The notes under the pieces are model-generated. The model made no database searches. It saw nothing but the letters and a program-made list of their open reading frames with translations, and had not been told where the DNA came from. A DNA stretch of 64,000 bases from Candidatus Parcubacteria bacterium (GTDB taxonomy: Bacteria; Patescibacteriota; Minisyncoccia; Phycocordibacterales; UBA918). Below, in pieces: positions 18,866 through 30,700 of the stretch (position 1 is the first letter of the stretch; each line of letters opens with the position of its first letter). The stretch covers positions 105,892 through 169,891 of the forward strand of contig JAKFXN010000005.1 of NCBI GenBank assembly GCA_021731405.1. Reading direction: 5' to 3'. Both the position numbers and the translations under genes were made by a program.

Positions 18866-20188
18866 CTAACTCTTGTAACTCACATCCACTCCTTGGGCGA
18901 TGATTTTTTCGAAGTAACGTGTAAGATCATCCGCTTCTTTTGGATCTAGTGCGAGTCCACCACCTTTTATACCAAGCATGAGACGTTCATTAAACTGCGC
19001 TTCCTCCACTACGCCAGTCACACGGTCGGCAATCATTTCAACCATGTTGTCATTTTGTTCTTTACTCAATTTCATATGGTAAGAACCCATTAGGTGGTCA
19101 CGTAACCGCTCAGCTAGTTTATGTTGGCTAAAAAAGATATCGTCGTTATCTTTTTTTGCTCTAAAACGCCTAATATCATCTGCTTGATGCATAAGTTTTT
19201 CGGCCACGTGTGCCATCCGCTTGGCTTCTTTTTCTTCAATCTCTACTCCACCTTGCTCAAGCTTGAGTACAAGCGCACGGATAAATGTGTCTTTGTCTAT
19301 TTTGCCTTTGATAAATAGGGCAATAGCATGCTCTAGGCGAATAATTTGGTCATAGGTGTACTCTTGGGTCAGGAAGTTAACCATACTCTTCACGCGAAGC
19401 GTATCAACTGAGTCGTAGGGATACAGACGAGCAAGTTGTTCAAGCTCAGTCACAATAGTCTCACCTTCGCGGACTGGTTTAATTTGTTTTCGCTGTGGGT
19501 TTACCACTTCTCGCACCACAAAGCCGTCTTTGAGATAATACACGCGGTGCGCATAGCTCAAGTGCGCAGCGTTATGAGACACCATAATAATGGTTCGTCT
19601 ATCAAACGTGTTAATTTCGTCAATCTTGTCCATTACCTGCTGCGTAGAAACCGAGTCGAGGTTTCCGGTTGGTTCATCTGCCAAGAGAATTTTTGGGTCG
19701 TTCACCATCGAACGAGCCACCGACACACGCTGCTGCTGTCCTCCAGAAAGCATGGCTGGGATTTTGTGAGATACATGCCCTACCCCAAAGCGATCAAGCA
19801 GTGACTGCGCACGACGTTCGCGTGTCACTCTATCAGCATCACAAAAAATCATTGGGAGCGCGACGTTGTCGAGTACTGAAAGGGAGCCAATCAGGTTGAA
19901 AGACTGAAAAATAATACCCATCACGTACCGTTGAAAATAAACACGTTCACTCGGTGGATATGAATAGATATCGTCTCCACGAATAAGGAGAGTGCCGTCT
20001 CCTGGGGGAAGCGAGCCCTGAATTGAATACATCAAAGTAGACTTTCCTGAACCTGAAGCACCGAAAAGAATGATGTACTCCCCTTCATAGATATCAGTAT
20101 TTACACCCTGAAGGGCTCTAAATTCATTAGATTTGCCTTTGTTGTAGATGATTGAAAGATCACGACAAACAATGAGTGGTTTCGCCAT
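18866..20188 (-). CDS. ABC transporter ATP-binding protein (MacB/LolD/FtsE-like NBD) with an unusual ~200-aa charged helical C-terminal extension.
   Basis: Walker [11 protein letters not shown]-loop, ABC signature LSGGQQQRV, Walker [14 protein letters not shown]-loop VSHN. The C-terminal part beyond the NBD is charged and helical (...[11 protein letters not shown]...[30 protein letters not shown]...) and has no match I recognise. Confidence 0.85.
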   Translation of the reverse strand: MAKPLIVCRDLSIIYNKGKSNEFRALQGVNTDIYEGEYIILFGASGSGKSTLMYSIQGSLPPGDGTLLIRGDDIYSYPPSERVYFQRYVMGIIFQSFNLIGSLSVLDNVALPMIFCDADRVTRERRAQSLLDRFGVGHVSHKIPAMLSGGQQQRVSVARSMVNDPKILLADEPTGNLDSVSTQQVMDKIDEINTFDRRTIIMVSHNAAHLSYAHRVYYLKDGFVVREVVNPQRKQIKPVREGETIVTELEQLARLYPYDSVDTLRVKSMVNFLTQEYTYDQIIRLEHAIALFIKGKIDKDTFIRALVLKLEQGGVEIEEKEAKRMAHVAEKLMHQADDIRRFRAKKDNDDIFFSQHKLAERLRDHLMGSYHMKLSKEQNDNMVEMIADRVTGVVEEAQFNERLMLGIKGGGLALDPKEADDLTRYFEKIIAQGVDVSYKS

Positions 20189-20248
20189 GTGTACATTATG
20201 CCATTAGTCTTACAATCTTTAGGCTTCTTCTATCCCCACTGCAGACAT

Positions 20249-21748
20249 CTATACTCCAATGTTCTTAACCCAACCGAAGGTACTCTGGAAGTTTTCAAGA
20301 ATGAGGTCAATAATGTTTTTTTCTTGAATCGGTGTAAAGAGCACAAAGTTTTCCGACTGTGTCTTATTCCCTGCTTCGTCTTCACAGTTGAGCCAGAACT
20401 GATACACCGTTGCTGGCGCAAAGTCGACCACCACTTCTACATGCTTAGTATTGTACTCCACTCGCTCTTTTTCACGCACTGTTGGTTCACTTCCCCCGGC
20501 CACACCTTCGCGATACGTCATCAAACAGTAGGCTGGTTCATCAGAGACCCATTCAATAATAGTTTGAATTCTTGATTCTCCTCCTGGGAATAGCGTTGAT
20601 TCATTAGTTACGTTTGAAATAATTGGCGGAGCAATATCCCGTACAGTAATAAACTGAATTGGCTGACTGCGTACGCGGTCTCCGCCCGAGTTTTCTGAAA
20701 TTACAAAGGCCACGTACCTAGTACCAAGCGTCAAGTCAGCTAAACGCATCTGGTGTGAAGTAGCAAGCGTTGGACGTCCAACTGAGTTTTGCGCACCGGT
20801 TGTTTGGTCTTGGAATTCAATCAAGGCCTTAGCTGGTACCGTAGTGTCCCAAGCAAGCGTAGCAGCATTTTCTTCCACCTTGAGCACCCGTAGATTTCGG
20901 ATTTCTGGTAAAGAGGCTTTGGTGAGGAAAGTGAAGTTTCTACTTTCACCAGTAATATTTAACCCATCAGTTGAAAGGACTTTGAAGCTATACTCAGTAT
21001 AGGGTTCAAGTCCAATGATACGAATTTCGTGATCTGTTGTTGGTCCACCGGTTGAAGCCTGTGAATAGGCATAATTTGTACCATCAAAACTGGCTGAGGG
21101 TGAAAATTGTACCTCTGAGGAAGCTTCGCGGTCAGTCGTCCAACGCACAAGCGCTGTGGTTGTCTCTGGTATAACGGTTGGTGGACCAATAATTGTCAAA
21201 TCGGTAGTAATACCTTGAATCGCTTCCACAACTTCAGTTAAGATTTCCTGCAGTTGCTGGGGGCTGGTGATTTGATTTATTTGTTCAATAATTTCTTCTA
21301 CGGTTGGCGTCGGCGTAGCCGATTGAGAAGTAGTTGAGTCAGATGATGATTGTCCTTGCCCAGGACCATCGCCAGTTTGTGGAGTACCACTCATTTGCAC
21401 CTTATAGTCTGCAGAAATACCTTGGTTGCCATCTTCATCAGCAGAAATCACCCGAAAGTAATAGACCCGTCCAGCTTCGAGATTCTCGAGAGTGATCGAG
21501 TGCACAGTTTTGTCAGGGACAGGAATACGAACAATGCCTAAGTCAGGCTGTAGACCATAGTTTACAACTGAGTCTGAATCTTTATCAGTTTCCCATGTCA
21601 CCGTAAGTGAATCTTCAGTCACGTTTTCAATCTGTACATTACTAATTTCAGGGGGGTCTGTTGATTGAGCAAAAGCTATCTGGGCAGCAATAACTACTCC
21701 GACAGTAAAGAGTAGCGAGAGTATTTTATAGGTAAGAACATTCCTCAT
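20249..21748 (-). CDS. Secreted protein with multiple fibronectin type III-like domains and a Pro/Thr/Gly/Ser linker. Lies immediately downstream of the giant gene.
   Basis: Signal peptide MRNVLTYKILSLLFTVGVVIAAQIAFAQS. FN3-like SNVQIENVTEDSLTVTWETDKD...RVYYFRVISADEDGNQG, repeated after the linker (LRVLKVEENAATLAWDT...). Confidence 0.65.
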   Translation of the reverse strand: MRNVLTYKILSLLFTVGVVIAAQIAFAQSTDPPEISNVQIENVTEDSLTVTWETDKDSDSVVNYGLQPDLGIVRIPVPDKTVHSITLENLEAGRVYYFRVISADEDGNQGISADYKVQMSGTPQTGDGPGQGQSSSDSTTSQSATPTPTVEEIIEQINQITSPQQLQEILTEVVEAIQGITTDLTIIGPPTVIPETTTALVRWTTDREASSEVQFSPSASFDGTNYAYSQASTGGPTTDHEIRIIGLEPYTEYSFKVLSTDGLNITGESRNFTFLTKASLPEIRNLRVLKVEENAATLAWDTTVPAKALIEFQDQTTGAQNSVGRPTLATSHQMRLADLTLGTRYVAFVISENSGGDRVRSQPIQFITVRDIAPPIISNVTNESTLFPGGESRIQTIIEWVSDEPAYCLMTYREGVAGGSEPTVREKERVEYNTKHVEVVVDFAPATVYQFWLNCEDEAGNKTQSENFVLFTPIQEKNIIDLILENFQSTFGWVKNIGV

Positions 21749-21768
21749 AGTATTTCTATCATAACACT

Positions 21769-24700
21769 CTAATCAATACCGATAGCAGTAAAGATGTTGG
21801 TACCCGTGTGTGCGGCGTTACTAGCTGTAAACGGAACCGCGATACCCCAATACACATCAGTCTCTACTGGAGGAGTCACAACACTTGGCTTGCTGAGGTT
21901 AAGTCCAAGTACAACGGCACTACTTGATGAGAGCTGCTGGCAAGTAACACAGGCGTTGTAGGTGAAAGTTGAGGTAGCAACTTTCTGTTGATCAGCTGGA
22001 ATAGCTGAAGATTCACCGTCAGTTAGATCAGTTCCTTCAACATCAACGTTGATTGGTGTGTTGCCGAGGTTTGTGATGGTGGTAGTTGGGTTAAACGAAC
22101 CAGTGTCAGAGTCTCCTGAGAGAGCGCCGTAATTTATGACAGAATCCACTGCCATCGCTCTTAGAGTAATGAGTTCTACTCCAATAGCGGAGGCAAAATC
22201 ATAGCCTTCACTAGAATCTTCTGCCTCAGCGTAAGCTTCCCAAGTTTGTCCTAAATATGGCTCCTCGTCTGTTGCATCCGCATGGAAGAAGATATCAACT
22301 TCACAAGACAGATCACAACTGTTTCCAACACAGTTAGTGAGCGTACATTGACCATTTTCAGTTGTAGCTACGTAACAGTTGTTGTTATCTGGTGTACAAG
22401 TAGGACCAGCCCCACTGCGGTAAATAGTAGCTGTCGCATGAATGATGTCAGAAGCACCATTGAAGTCAGTGACAATACCCGAAACAGTAACTGGCGTAGT
22501 TGTACCTGGAGTAAGATTTATATCTCCTCCACCATTAAGTGTAACTGCACCAAAGGTTGGGTCAAATTGAAGTCCTAGTTCAGCAATTTTAGCGTAAAAG
22601 TCCAGTGGAGTTCCATCGTTTGTGACTCTGAAGCAGTAGTCATCTGAAGCATTACTTGTTGGGGTCAGTACATACTCGAGTTCAGTGTAGAAGTCTTGAT
22701 CTAAGTCAGTCGCAGCTGTTTGACTCGAAGGACTCTCAACAATTGAACCCTCACTAAATGTTCCTTCTGTACCAGTGAGTAAATCAGTAGCAGGGTCGCC
22801 ATTTGTGACAAAAGTAGAGGCTTGCATACAAACAGGAGAACTGCCACAAGATGCTTGGTTTGGCACAGTAGCATATGAAGCACTGTTGACAGACTCACAA
22901 GTAGGGGCTGCTCCCTTAGCAGCAAACTCAAGTCGGTACTGTTGAGCAGTCACATCGAGACCTGAGTTTTCAACCGCCAACCTTAGACGAACAATGTCAC
23001 CTGGGATAGCTGTTGTAATTCCATCTAAACTAGAGGCCCAACTTGCACCACCATCGGTCTGCTTTGCACCAAGGAAAACAGTTGGAGTAGTAGCTATTCG
23101 GGCCCGTGAGGTAAAGCTGTCCCAAGCTCCGTTCTGGAACCAGAAGGCATATCCAAATCCGCCAGAAGTGTAGTTGGCGTCAGTGGCAGAAGTAGTCGCA
23201 ATGAGGGTGCCGGCACTATTAAAGAGTGATACTTCCATTAAGTCACTTGTCTGCCAGTCAATTTCTACTTCATACCAACCAGTTGTGTATGTGACTGTAG
23301 TGGTGGCAAGTACAACTCCCGAAGTATCATTATTGTCTACATCTCGAGCGAGAGAAATTCTATCTACCCCGAACTGCTCAAGACAAACGCCGTAATTTTG
23401 GTTTGTTGTTCCTGGCGACTGCACTCCAAAAAGTGTACAAGGTTCATCTCCACTACCACCCGAAGTGTTTACATATTGCATGTAGCGAATTATTTCACCT
23501 TGAGTCACCGGATCATCAAAGCGGAAAATACCGTCCGTCGTCTTTCCGCTTGGATTTGAAGGTGCAAGCGACCGCGCTCCGCCATAGACTGGAGTTGTAA
23601 CAGTGGTAAAGAGACTGGTGTCTCCTGAATACTCAGAGATAGAAGCGTCTTCATAATCATCAAATGCATTCATGGTACTTGTTCCACTACTTTGTGACAC
23701 AGCTGTAGAGCTTCCATAATACATAAACACCGTTGCATAATCGCTTGCTGGCAATGTTGGGACTCGCACCCAAATCTGTGCGTCGGTACTGGCAGTGTAC
23801 CTTTCTATCCAGAACGGAATTTGTGTTTGCCCGTTATCGCTCGTGAAGCGAATATCTTCAAAGTCTGATTGCATTGAACTATCGTACGGAACAATCACCT
23901 TAACGGCGGTTGAAGCATATGCTTGGTTGTCGTTATTAAGTACTCGCACTCGTGTCCGATAATCAAAGCTGCTATTAAACCACTCTGTAGATGGTGCACC
24001 TTCTCCACCATCATCATTTCGCCAGCGAACGTGTGTTTGTTCGGTGAGGAGACAAGAGCTGTTATCAAATCGGATTGAGCCACAAGCATCAATGCCATCA
24101 ATGTCGAATCCTTCTCCGCCAATATTTCCATAGTTGTTGGTAAAGCGCCACGCGTTTGCAGTCTCGCCAGTGAGATTTATGTTATAGCCCGTAAGTGGCC
24201 CTGTGGCATTAAAACCTACGGCGTCAAATGTTTTTGAAGGATTGGCGTTGAGGGTGGTTGAAGAAAGTGTGACCGCAGAACCAGAAGCCACGGCGATATC
24301 GAAGTATCCGTTCGATAGTTCATCAATAGTAGACAGACCACTTAACTGAAGACCAAACACATTCATATCACCAAACTCATAATAATTGGCATTGAGAGTT
24401 CCTCCGGTCACGGCAAAGTTATATGTTCCACTACCTTGATTTTGCATGATAGTTGAACTTCCAGATGTTCCTACAATCTGAAGCGAGCCAGTAGTGACCG
24501 TCGTAGTTGCATTTGGCGCAAACGAGACCGTTACTTTTCGTTGATTACTGCCACTGAGTACCGTTCCGTCAAAGTCGTTACTGTAATTCCAGTACTCAGT
24601 AGTGGTGGCGATTTGTAGATCTCCGTACACATATAGCGCCCCGTTAGTGTTTGCGTGGTCTTGTGAGTACAACGAACCAGAAAGCGCAACGGTTGTAGTA

Positions 24701-27700
24701 GCAGCACTACTGTACCAACTTCGAATGTCAGTGTTGGCATCGATACTGATAGTACCGTACACGTCTCCACTGTTTGAGCGGGTATTAATACTGTAACCAG
24801 ACTGACTGATTAGTCTGAGAGTTGTGTTTGTCCAAGTAGTACCCGCTCCACCAACTGAGTTTGTGAACACACCTCCGACCGTGATGACCGCTGTAGGATT
24901 TACGGTAAGAATATTCGCACTGGCAATAGTGAGGTTGTTTGTCGTAGTGGCACTAAAGAGTGTATACCCACCACTTGGTGCACCAAACTGAAGGTTATAG
25001 AACGGGCTAGTGCCAGGATTTACTGTAAGACCGGCTGAAGCAGAATTGAGGAGGACTGTTCCACTTGCACTGGCAAATGTACCGCCTGTTGCTACAAATG
25101 AACCTCCGACTGCAGTTGTACTTGCTCCAAGGGCGACACTGCCACTGGCAATAGTAAATGAATCCAAGAACGTAATGTTTGCGTCAGTAATGGTGAAAGC
25201 TGCTGGTCCAACAAATCGAACTGCGTACAAATCTGAAGAACTAGCGGTCAAAACAGCGGTACTGGTTGCTGTCATGATAAGGTCGGAAGTATTGTGCGTC
25301 ACGGTACCGGAACGTTTCTCGAAGCTGCCTCCAATAGCAAAGTTTCCGCTTGGAAGCGTCACGGTACTACCAGTAATCAAAACTGAACCAGTACTGGTGG
25401 CGTTTGTATCACTCATTGTGAACGAGCCACTGTTTGTGAATCGGAGGGAAGACACAACTGAATTGTTGAAACGAACAGTATTACCGCCAGAGGTACTTGT
25501 GAAGACAAATGGGCTACCGCCATTGGTAAATGAACCAGAGGTGACATTAAATGATGCGCCAATGGTTGTCGTACCTGACCCAAATGTAACTGCACCATTT
25601 GATTGTGTGTAAGAGCCACCAAGTGTGAGCGTAGCGTCAGTCACCACGTAACTGCCCGATCCAGAAACAGTAAGGTTGTGTAATGCTGCACTATTTACAT
25701 CAAAGGTTCTACTGGCACCAGTTGTAGTGAGGGTTAGAGTTGAACTGGCACCTACAAACTCCGCTCCTGTACCAAAGATGACACTACCGCCGATGCTATG
25801 AGCTTCAGTTGTTTTTGCTCTAAATCGAGCGTTTGTCTGAGCTTCAAGTGTTCCATCATACGCCGCTCCAGCACCAGCACCAGCAAGGGTTACGTTTCCG
25901 TTTGGTTCAAATGTTTTTCCTGTCCAAATGAGAAGCTTCGTGTCAGCTGGTAGTGTGAGGGTGTCGGTACCTGTTGTTGTGGCAGTGAAATTAATATCTG
26001 AATCAAAACTAGAGTCCCACACAGCCATATTTGCAATGGTAATCGGATCAGTGTTTTCATGACGCACCACCACTCGATTGTGATACAGATGCATGTTACT
26101 GATTGAAGAAATTGGCGCCACACTCACTGTTGTTGCTTTTGGTGTCTCACCATTAATGAAGAGTGTCAGTGTATCAAGTGGACTAAAAGCAACTCCACTA
26201 ATACTGTAGGCACCTGTACCTGCGTTACAACTTGTGTTGTATGTCGTAAGACCGGCCACCACCAGACGAATATTATTGGTAGAACCGTCACAAACGGTTG
26301 ATACCGTAACTCCTTCATCACTGTATACGTTTCCTGCCACGGTAATAAGCGCAGCTGAGTCGTCCCATACCACATAGCCAGGGTCGCCTGCTGGATCATC
26401 ATCAAAGGCTTCTCCACTTATGTTTCCAAGGTGGTTTGTAAAGCGCCATGAACTTATTGTTGTACCAGTTGCAGTTACGTTTTTAGCACCCGTTACTCCG
26501 CCACCAGCTTCAAACTTGTTGTTAGTGAAGTTCTTTGCTTCGTTTGCATTTATAACAGTGCCCCCTACCGTAATTGCGCTACCACTGTTGATACCAACCA
26601 AATGATCAGTTCGAGAAAAATCAGTGACTGTTGGCGCACCAGCAAACACAACTCCGTTACTATTAGTATCGCGAACTTGAACCGTGTCAAACTGAACTGT
26701 CGACCCTGTACCGAAAGTGATTCCATAGGTACCACTTCCTTGATTTTGAATCGTTGTGGTAGCTGAAGGTGTCCCCACAGCTACAATTGAACCGCCTGCC
26801 CACAAAGCACTAGCACCGCTGGCGAAGTATATTTCCGCCTGACGTTCACTACCGCCAGTGAGGTTAGTACCATCGAAGTCTGTGGAGTAACTCCAGTAAT
26901 CATTTCCGGTGGTTCGTACCAGCTGACCCCAGATATACGCGTCACCATTTACTCCTGCATGGTCTTGAGAGTAGAGCGAACCTGTTGCGTTTACCGCATA
27001 AGAAGAAGCGCTAGAATTCCACATTCGAATTTGTGTGCCGGCCGCAATAGCGAGGTTGTTATAGACATCGTTTGTAGTTGAAGCATTAATTGAGTATGTT
27101 CCCGAACCAGTGAGGAGAAGAGTTGAAGTTCCCCAGTTTGTTGCGGCTCCACCAAGTGTGTTGGTGAATTGTCCACCAACAGAAAGCGTTTGTCCATTGT
27201 TTACGTTAAACGCACTATGATTTGTGAGTGTAAAGGCGTTGGTCGCAGTTGCATGTGAGTTGAGAGAAAACGTTCCTGTTCCATCTATAACTACATTACT
27301 AAAGCTTGAAGAACCGGCATTTATGAGCGAAGTGGTTGAGCCGGTAAAACGAACTGTTCCACTATTGCCAACAAAAGTACCGAGATTGGTGTAATCTCCG
27401 AGAATAGTTAGATTGGCACTATTGCTTGCTTGTAGTGTGCCATTATTCTGAATAACTACGTCGCCACGCACTTCTACCACGGGATCGCTTGTATTGGCGG
27501 TAAAAGTTGATGTGGCACTACCACCAATGATAAGGTCGTTGTACACAAGAATTCCAGAGCCTGTACCAGTGTATGTTGCGGAGCCAGCGCCAGCATTGAG
27601 TACAAGGTTGTAGTAGTTGATGGACGGCACATTAGCTGTAGCGCCACTAAACCGCAGAGTACTGGTGTCCTCAAGGAACGTTCCAGTTCGCACAAGCACG

Positions 27701-30700
27701 TTACCAGTACCTGACAAATCAAAGACAGCATTCCCTGCATCGAGGAAGTGAGCGTTTGCAATGGTGAGGGTTCCTGAGACAGTAGTAGTTGCAGCAGAAG
27801 CTGGGGTCGTTGTCCCGACCACAGAACCATTTCCTAAGATAAGGTTACTAAACGTCCAAGCAGAGGTACCGCCAAGAGTATTGGTACGATTAATGGTTGT
27901 GGTACCAGAACCAAGAGAAAGTATACCGTTACCATACAGAGATCCGTTTTGAATGGTTATGTTATTGGTACCAGTGACCGTTCCTGAAGCGATGTTCATA
28001 TCAGCCACAACAGAGATTGGGGCAGTGATATTCCAGCCGCCTCCAGTTCCTGCAAACTGCAGTTGATTGAAGGTTACGAGATTTGGACTAGTAATGCTCT
28101 TTCCCGTTGTTGTGGCGTTAAAGATAAAGGTTGATGAAGCAGATGTGAAAGTTGACGTAGTTGCCATTACAAACCGTCCTGCAAGTGTATGGGTCTGTGT
28201 ACCTGACGCAGTGAAGGTAGCGTTCGCACCAATCTGCAGCGTCCCTTCGTAACTATTAGCATTTCCGTTTCCTGTAAGCGTAACATTTCCGCCTGGAGCG
28301 AACGTAGAACTAGCAAATACAAAGAGTTCAGTGTTTGCAAGAACTGTAAGCGTGCCAGTAGCTGCCACAAAACGCAGATCAGTATCATTATCAAAGTCAT
28401 ATGACTGCAAATCAGCAATTGTTAGCGGGGAGACGTCTTGGTGTCTTGTAATTACCCGGTTTGCATAAATGTGCATGTTGGTAATATTCCCTGTTGGAGT
28501 CTTGGTAATAACGCTTCCTTGGACACCACCATTAGTATCAAGGTAGACGACTACTTTTGGATCACCTGTATATGCAACAGCCGGGAAAGAGTAGGCACCT
28601 GTCGTACCATTACAACTTGTCGAAGAAGCGTAAGTTCCACCATCTACAACCACTCGCACATTTTGTGTCGATCCATCACAGGTTGGTCCGCCAAGCGTAG
28701 TTAGTCCGGCATCAGCATACACAACACCCGAAATAGTAACGGTGTTCGAACTATCGTCGAAACGGATCGAACCTGGGTTACTGTCATTATTATCAAATGC
28801 TTCGCCATAAAGACCACCAGTTCCTTCACGAAACCAAATGAATGAACTTGGCGATCCTTGGAGAGTAATGTTTGAGGCAGCCCCTGGACTAGTAGTAGCA
28901 AAACCAACCCGATAATACTGAACGGTTGGATTCGTATCTATGGTTGATGCATCTACAGTAATACCAGTTCGTGACGGAGCAACAGTGAATAGTCCATCCC
29001 TGAAGACTGAAAGTGTTGAGGACGCTTTGAGGCCAAAACCCTCAGCATTTGTACCCGCAACTCTAAAGTGTTCGGCGGTAACGGTGGTATTTGTCGCATT
29101 GAGACTAAATGTTCCCGACAGTGCGTCGATGGTCGTTGATGCACTCGCTATACCTACGAGATTCAAAGAAGCATTTGTAAGACCAATCTGACTACTAGTG
29201 GCAATGCGAACATCTACTTGACGGCTGGTACTAGCAATCAAGGCCGTGCCATCGAAGTCAGTGCCATAACTCCAATACTCAGTTCCTGTTGAACGAATAT
29301 AGTTACCAAAAATGTATAGGTCTCCATCTACAGCTGCGTGGTCCTGAGAATATATTGCTCCTGCCGCTCCGCTCGTGACGTAACTTGTGGCACTTGAGTT
29401 CCACATTTTTGCAAGTGTGCTACTGGCTGCTTCAAGTGTTCCGTACACATCTCCACCATGTGTCTTAGCATTCATGTTTGTGGTGGTAGCACTCAAGAGT
29501 CTCAAGGTTGATCCAGTCCAAGTGGTGTTGGTACCACTCACTGCATTAGTGAAAGTTCCTTGTGTCGCCAGAACTCGTCCGCTTGAGAGCGTAAACTGCG
29601 AAACGTTAGTTAGATTAACAGCCACCGTCGCCGTAGCATTTTCAGTGATAGTAAAGTCCCCTGTTACGCTATCAAATGTCACCGTTGCAAACGAAGAATC
29701 CCCAGCATCAATAGTCTCAGAACCAGCAGTTGAGTTGAAACGAACGGTTCCATTATTAGCATTAAACTGAGCGTTGTTTGTAAACGAGCCTCCTACTGAC
29801 AAAGTACCAGTATTAAATGTACTATCGCCACCAGTATCAAGAATAAGATTTCCTAACACCGTCGCATTTGTGTCGGCAAAGGTGCGAGTGAACTGGGCTT
29901 CGCTTGCACTGACTGCATAAAACTGAGTCGTGCTAGCCATGTTATTAAACGAAGTAGTCAACCAACCTTGGGTTCGTGCTGTATTTGAAATCCGCACCTC
30001 GTCTAAAAGGCCGTTATAGAAGCGACCGCCAGCACTATCTTGACCGAAGTTGAGGGCGTTAATGAGTGAATTACCATGAGTAGTGACGTTCACTCCTGAA
30101 GTAATACCACTTGTTGCATGTACGTACGCAGTGGCTTGGTTAGGAAGCACAACCAACGACGCCATAAACCATGTATTGCGAGGATAGACTGGTCCACCGT
30201 TCCAGTTGTAGGTAGCGGCCGCGTCGTTCCAATGATATCCGATACGATTGGCCGTATTATCGATATTAATACCTGAAGTTTGCCCGCCTCGAGAGAAGAG
30301 AACTCCGTCATACGCCCCCTGATTGCCGTCTGTCCTCATCCAGAGCGACCAAGTTGAGGTAGCAAGTGTACGATTCATATTTGTACCGATGTACTCATTA
30401 GTACCATCGAGATCAGCACCACGACCTACTTGCGCAGCTTGTTGGTCTCCAGTCTCCATGTTAAAGGCAGTACCGGTAGTTGAACCTGTGCTGTCGATAT
30501 ATTGTGGAGCACCGAGAGATGGATCTTGATCCATGTGATAAACCGCTACGTATCCATTTGACCACACATTGTTTCGACCATAGGTAGCTGTGGTAGCGTA
30601 CGCTGTAGCACTCGGATTTCCATGATACACATAAAAAGTTGTATCGGTAGTTGAGTCAAGAGCGGCACGGAAATGGATTTCACCAGTCTTTGCAACGGTA

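Noticed and set aside
25010-25612. 200-aa plus-strand ORF
   Set aside because: Antisense to the beta-helix repeat region of the giant gene; a repeat-driven open shadow frame.
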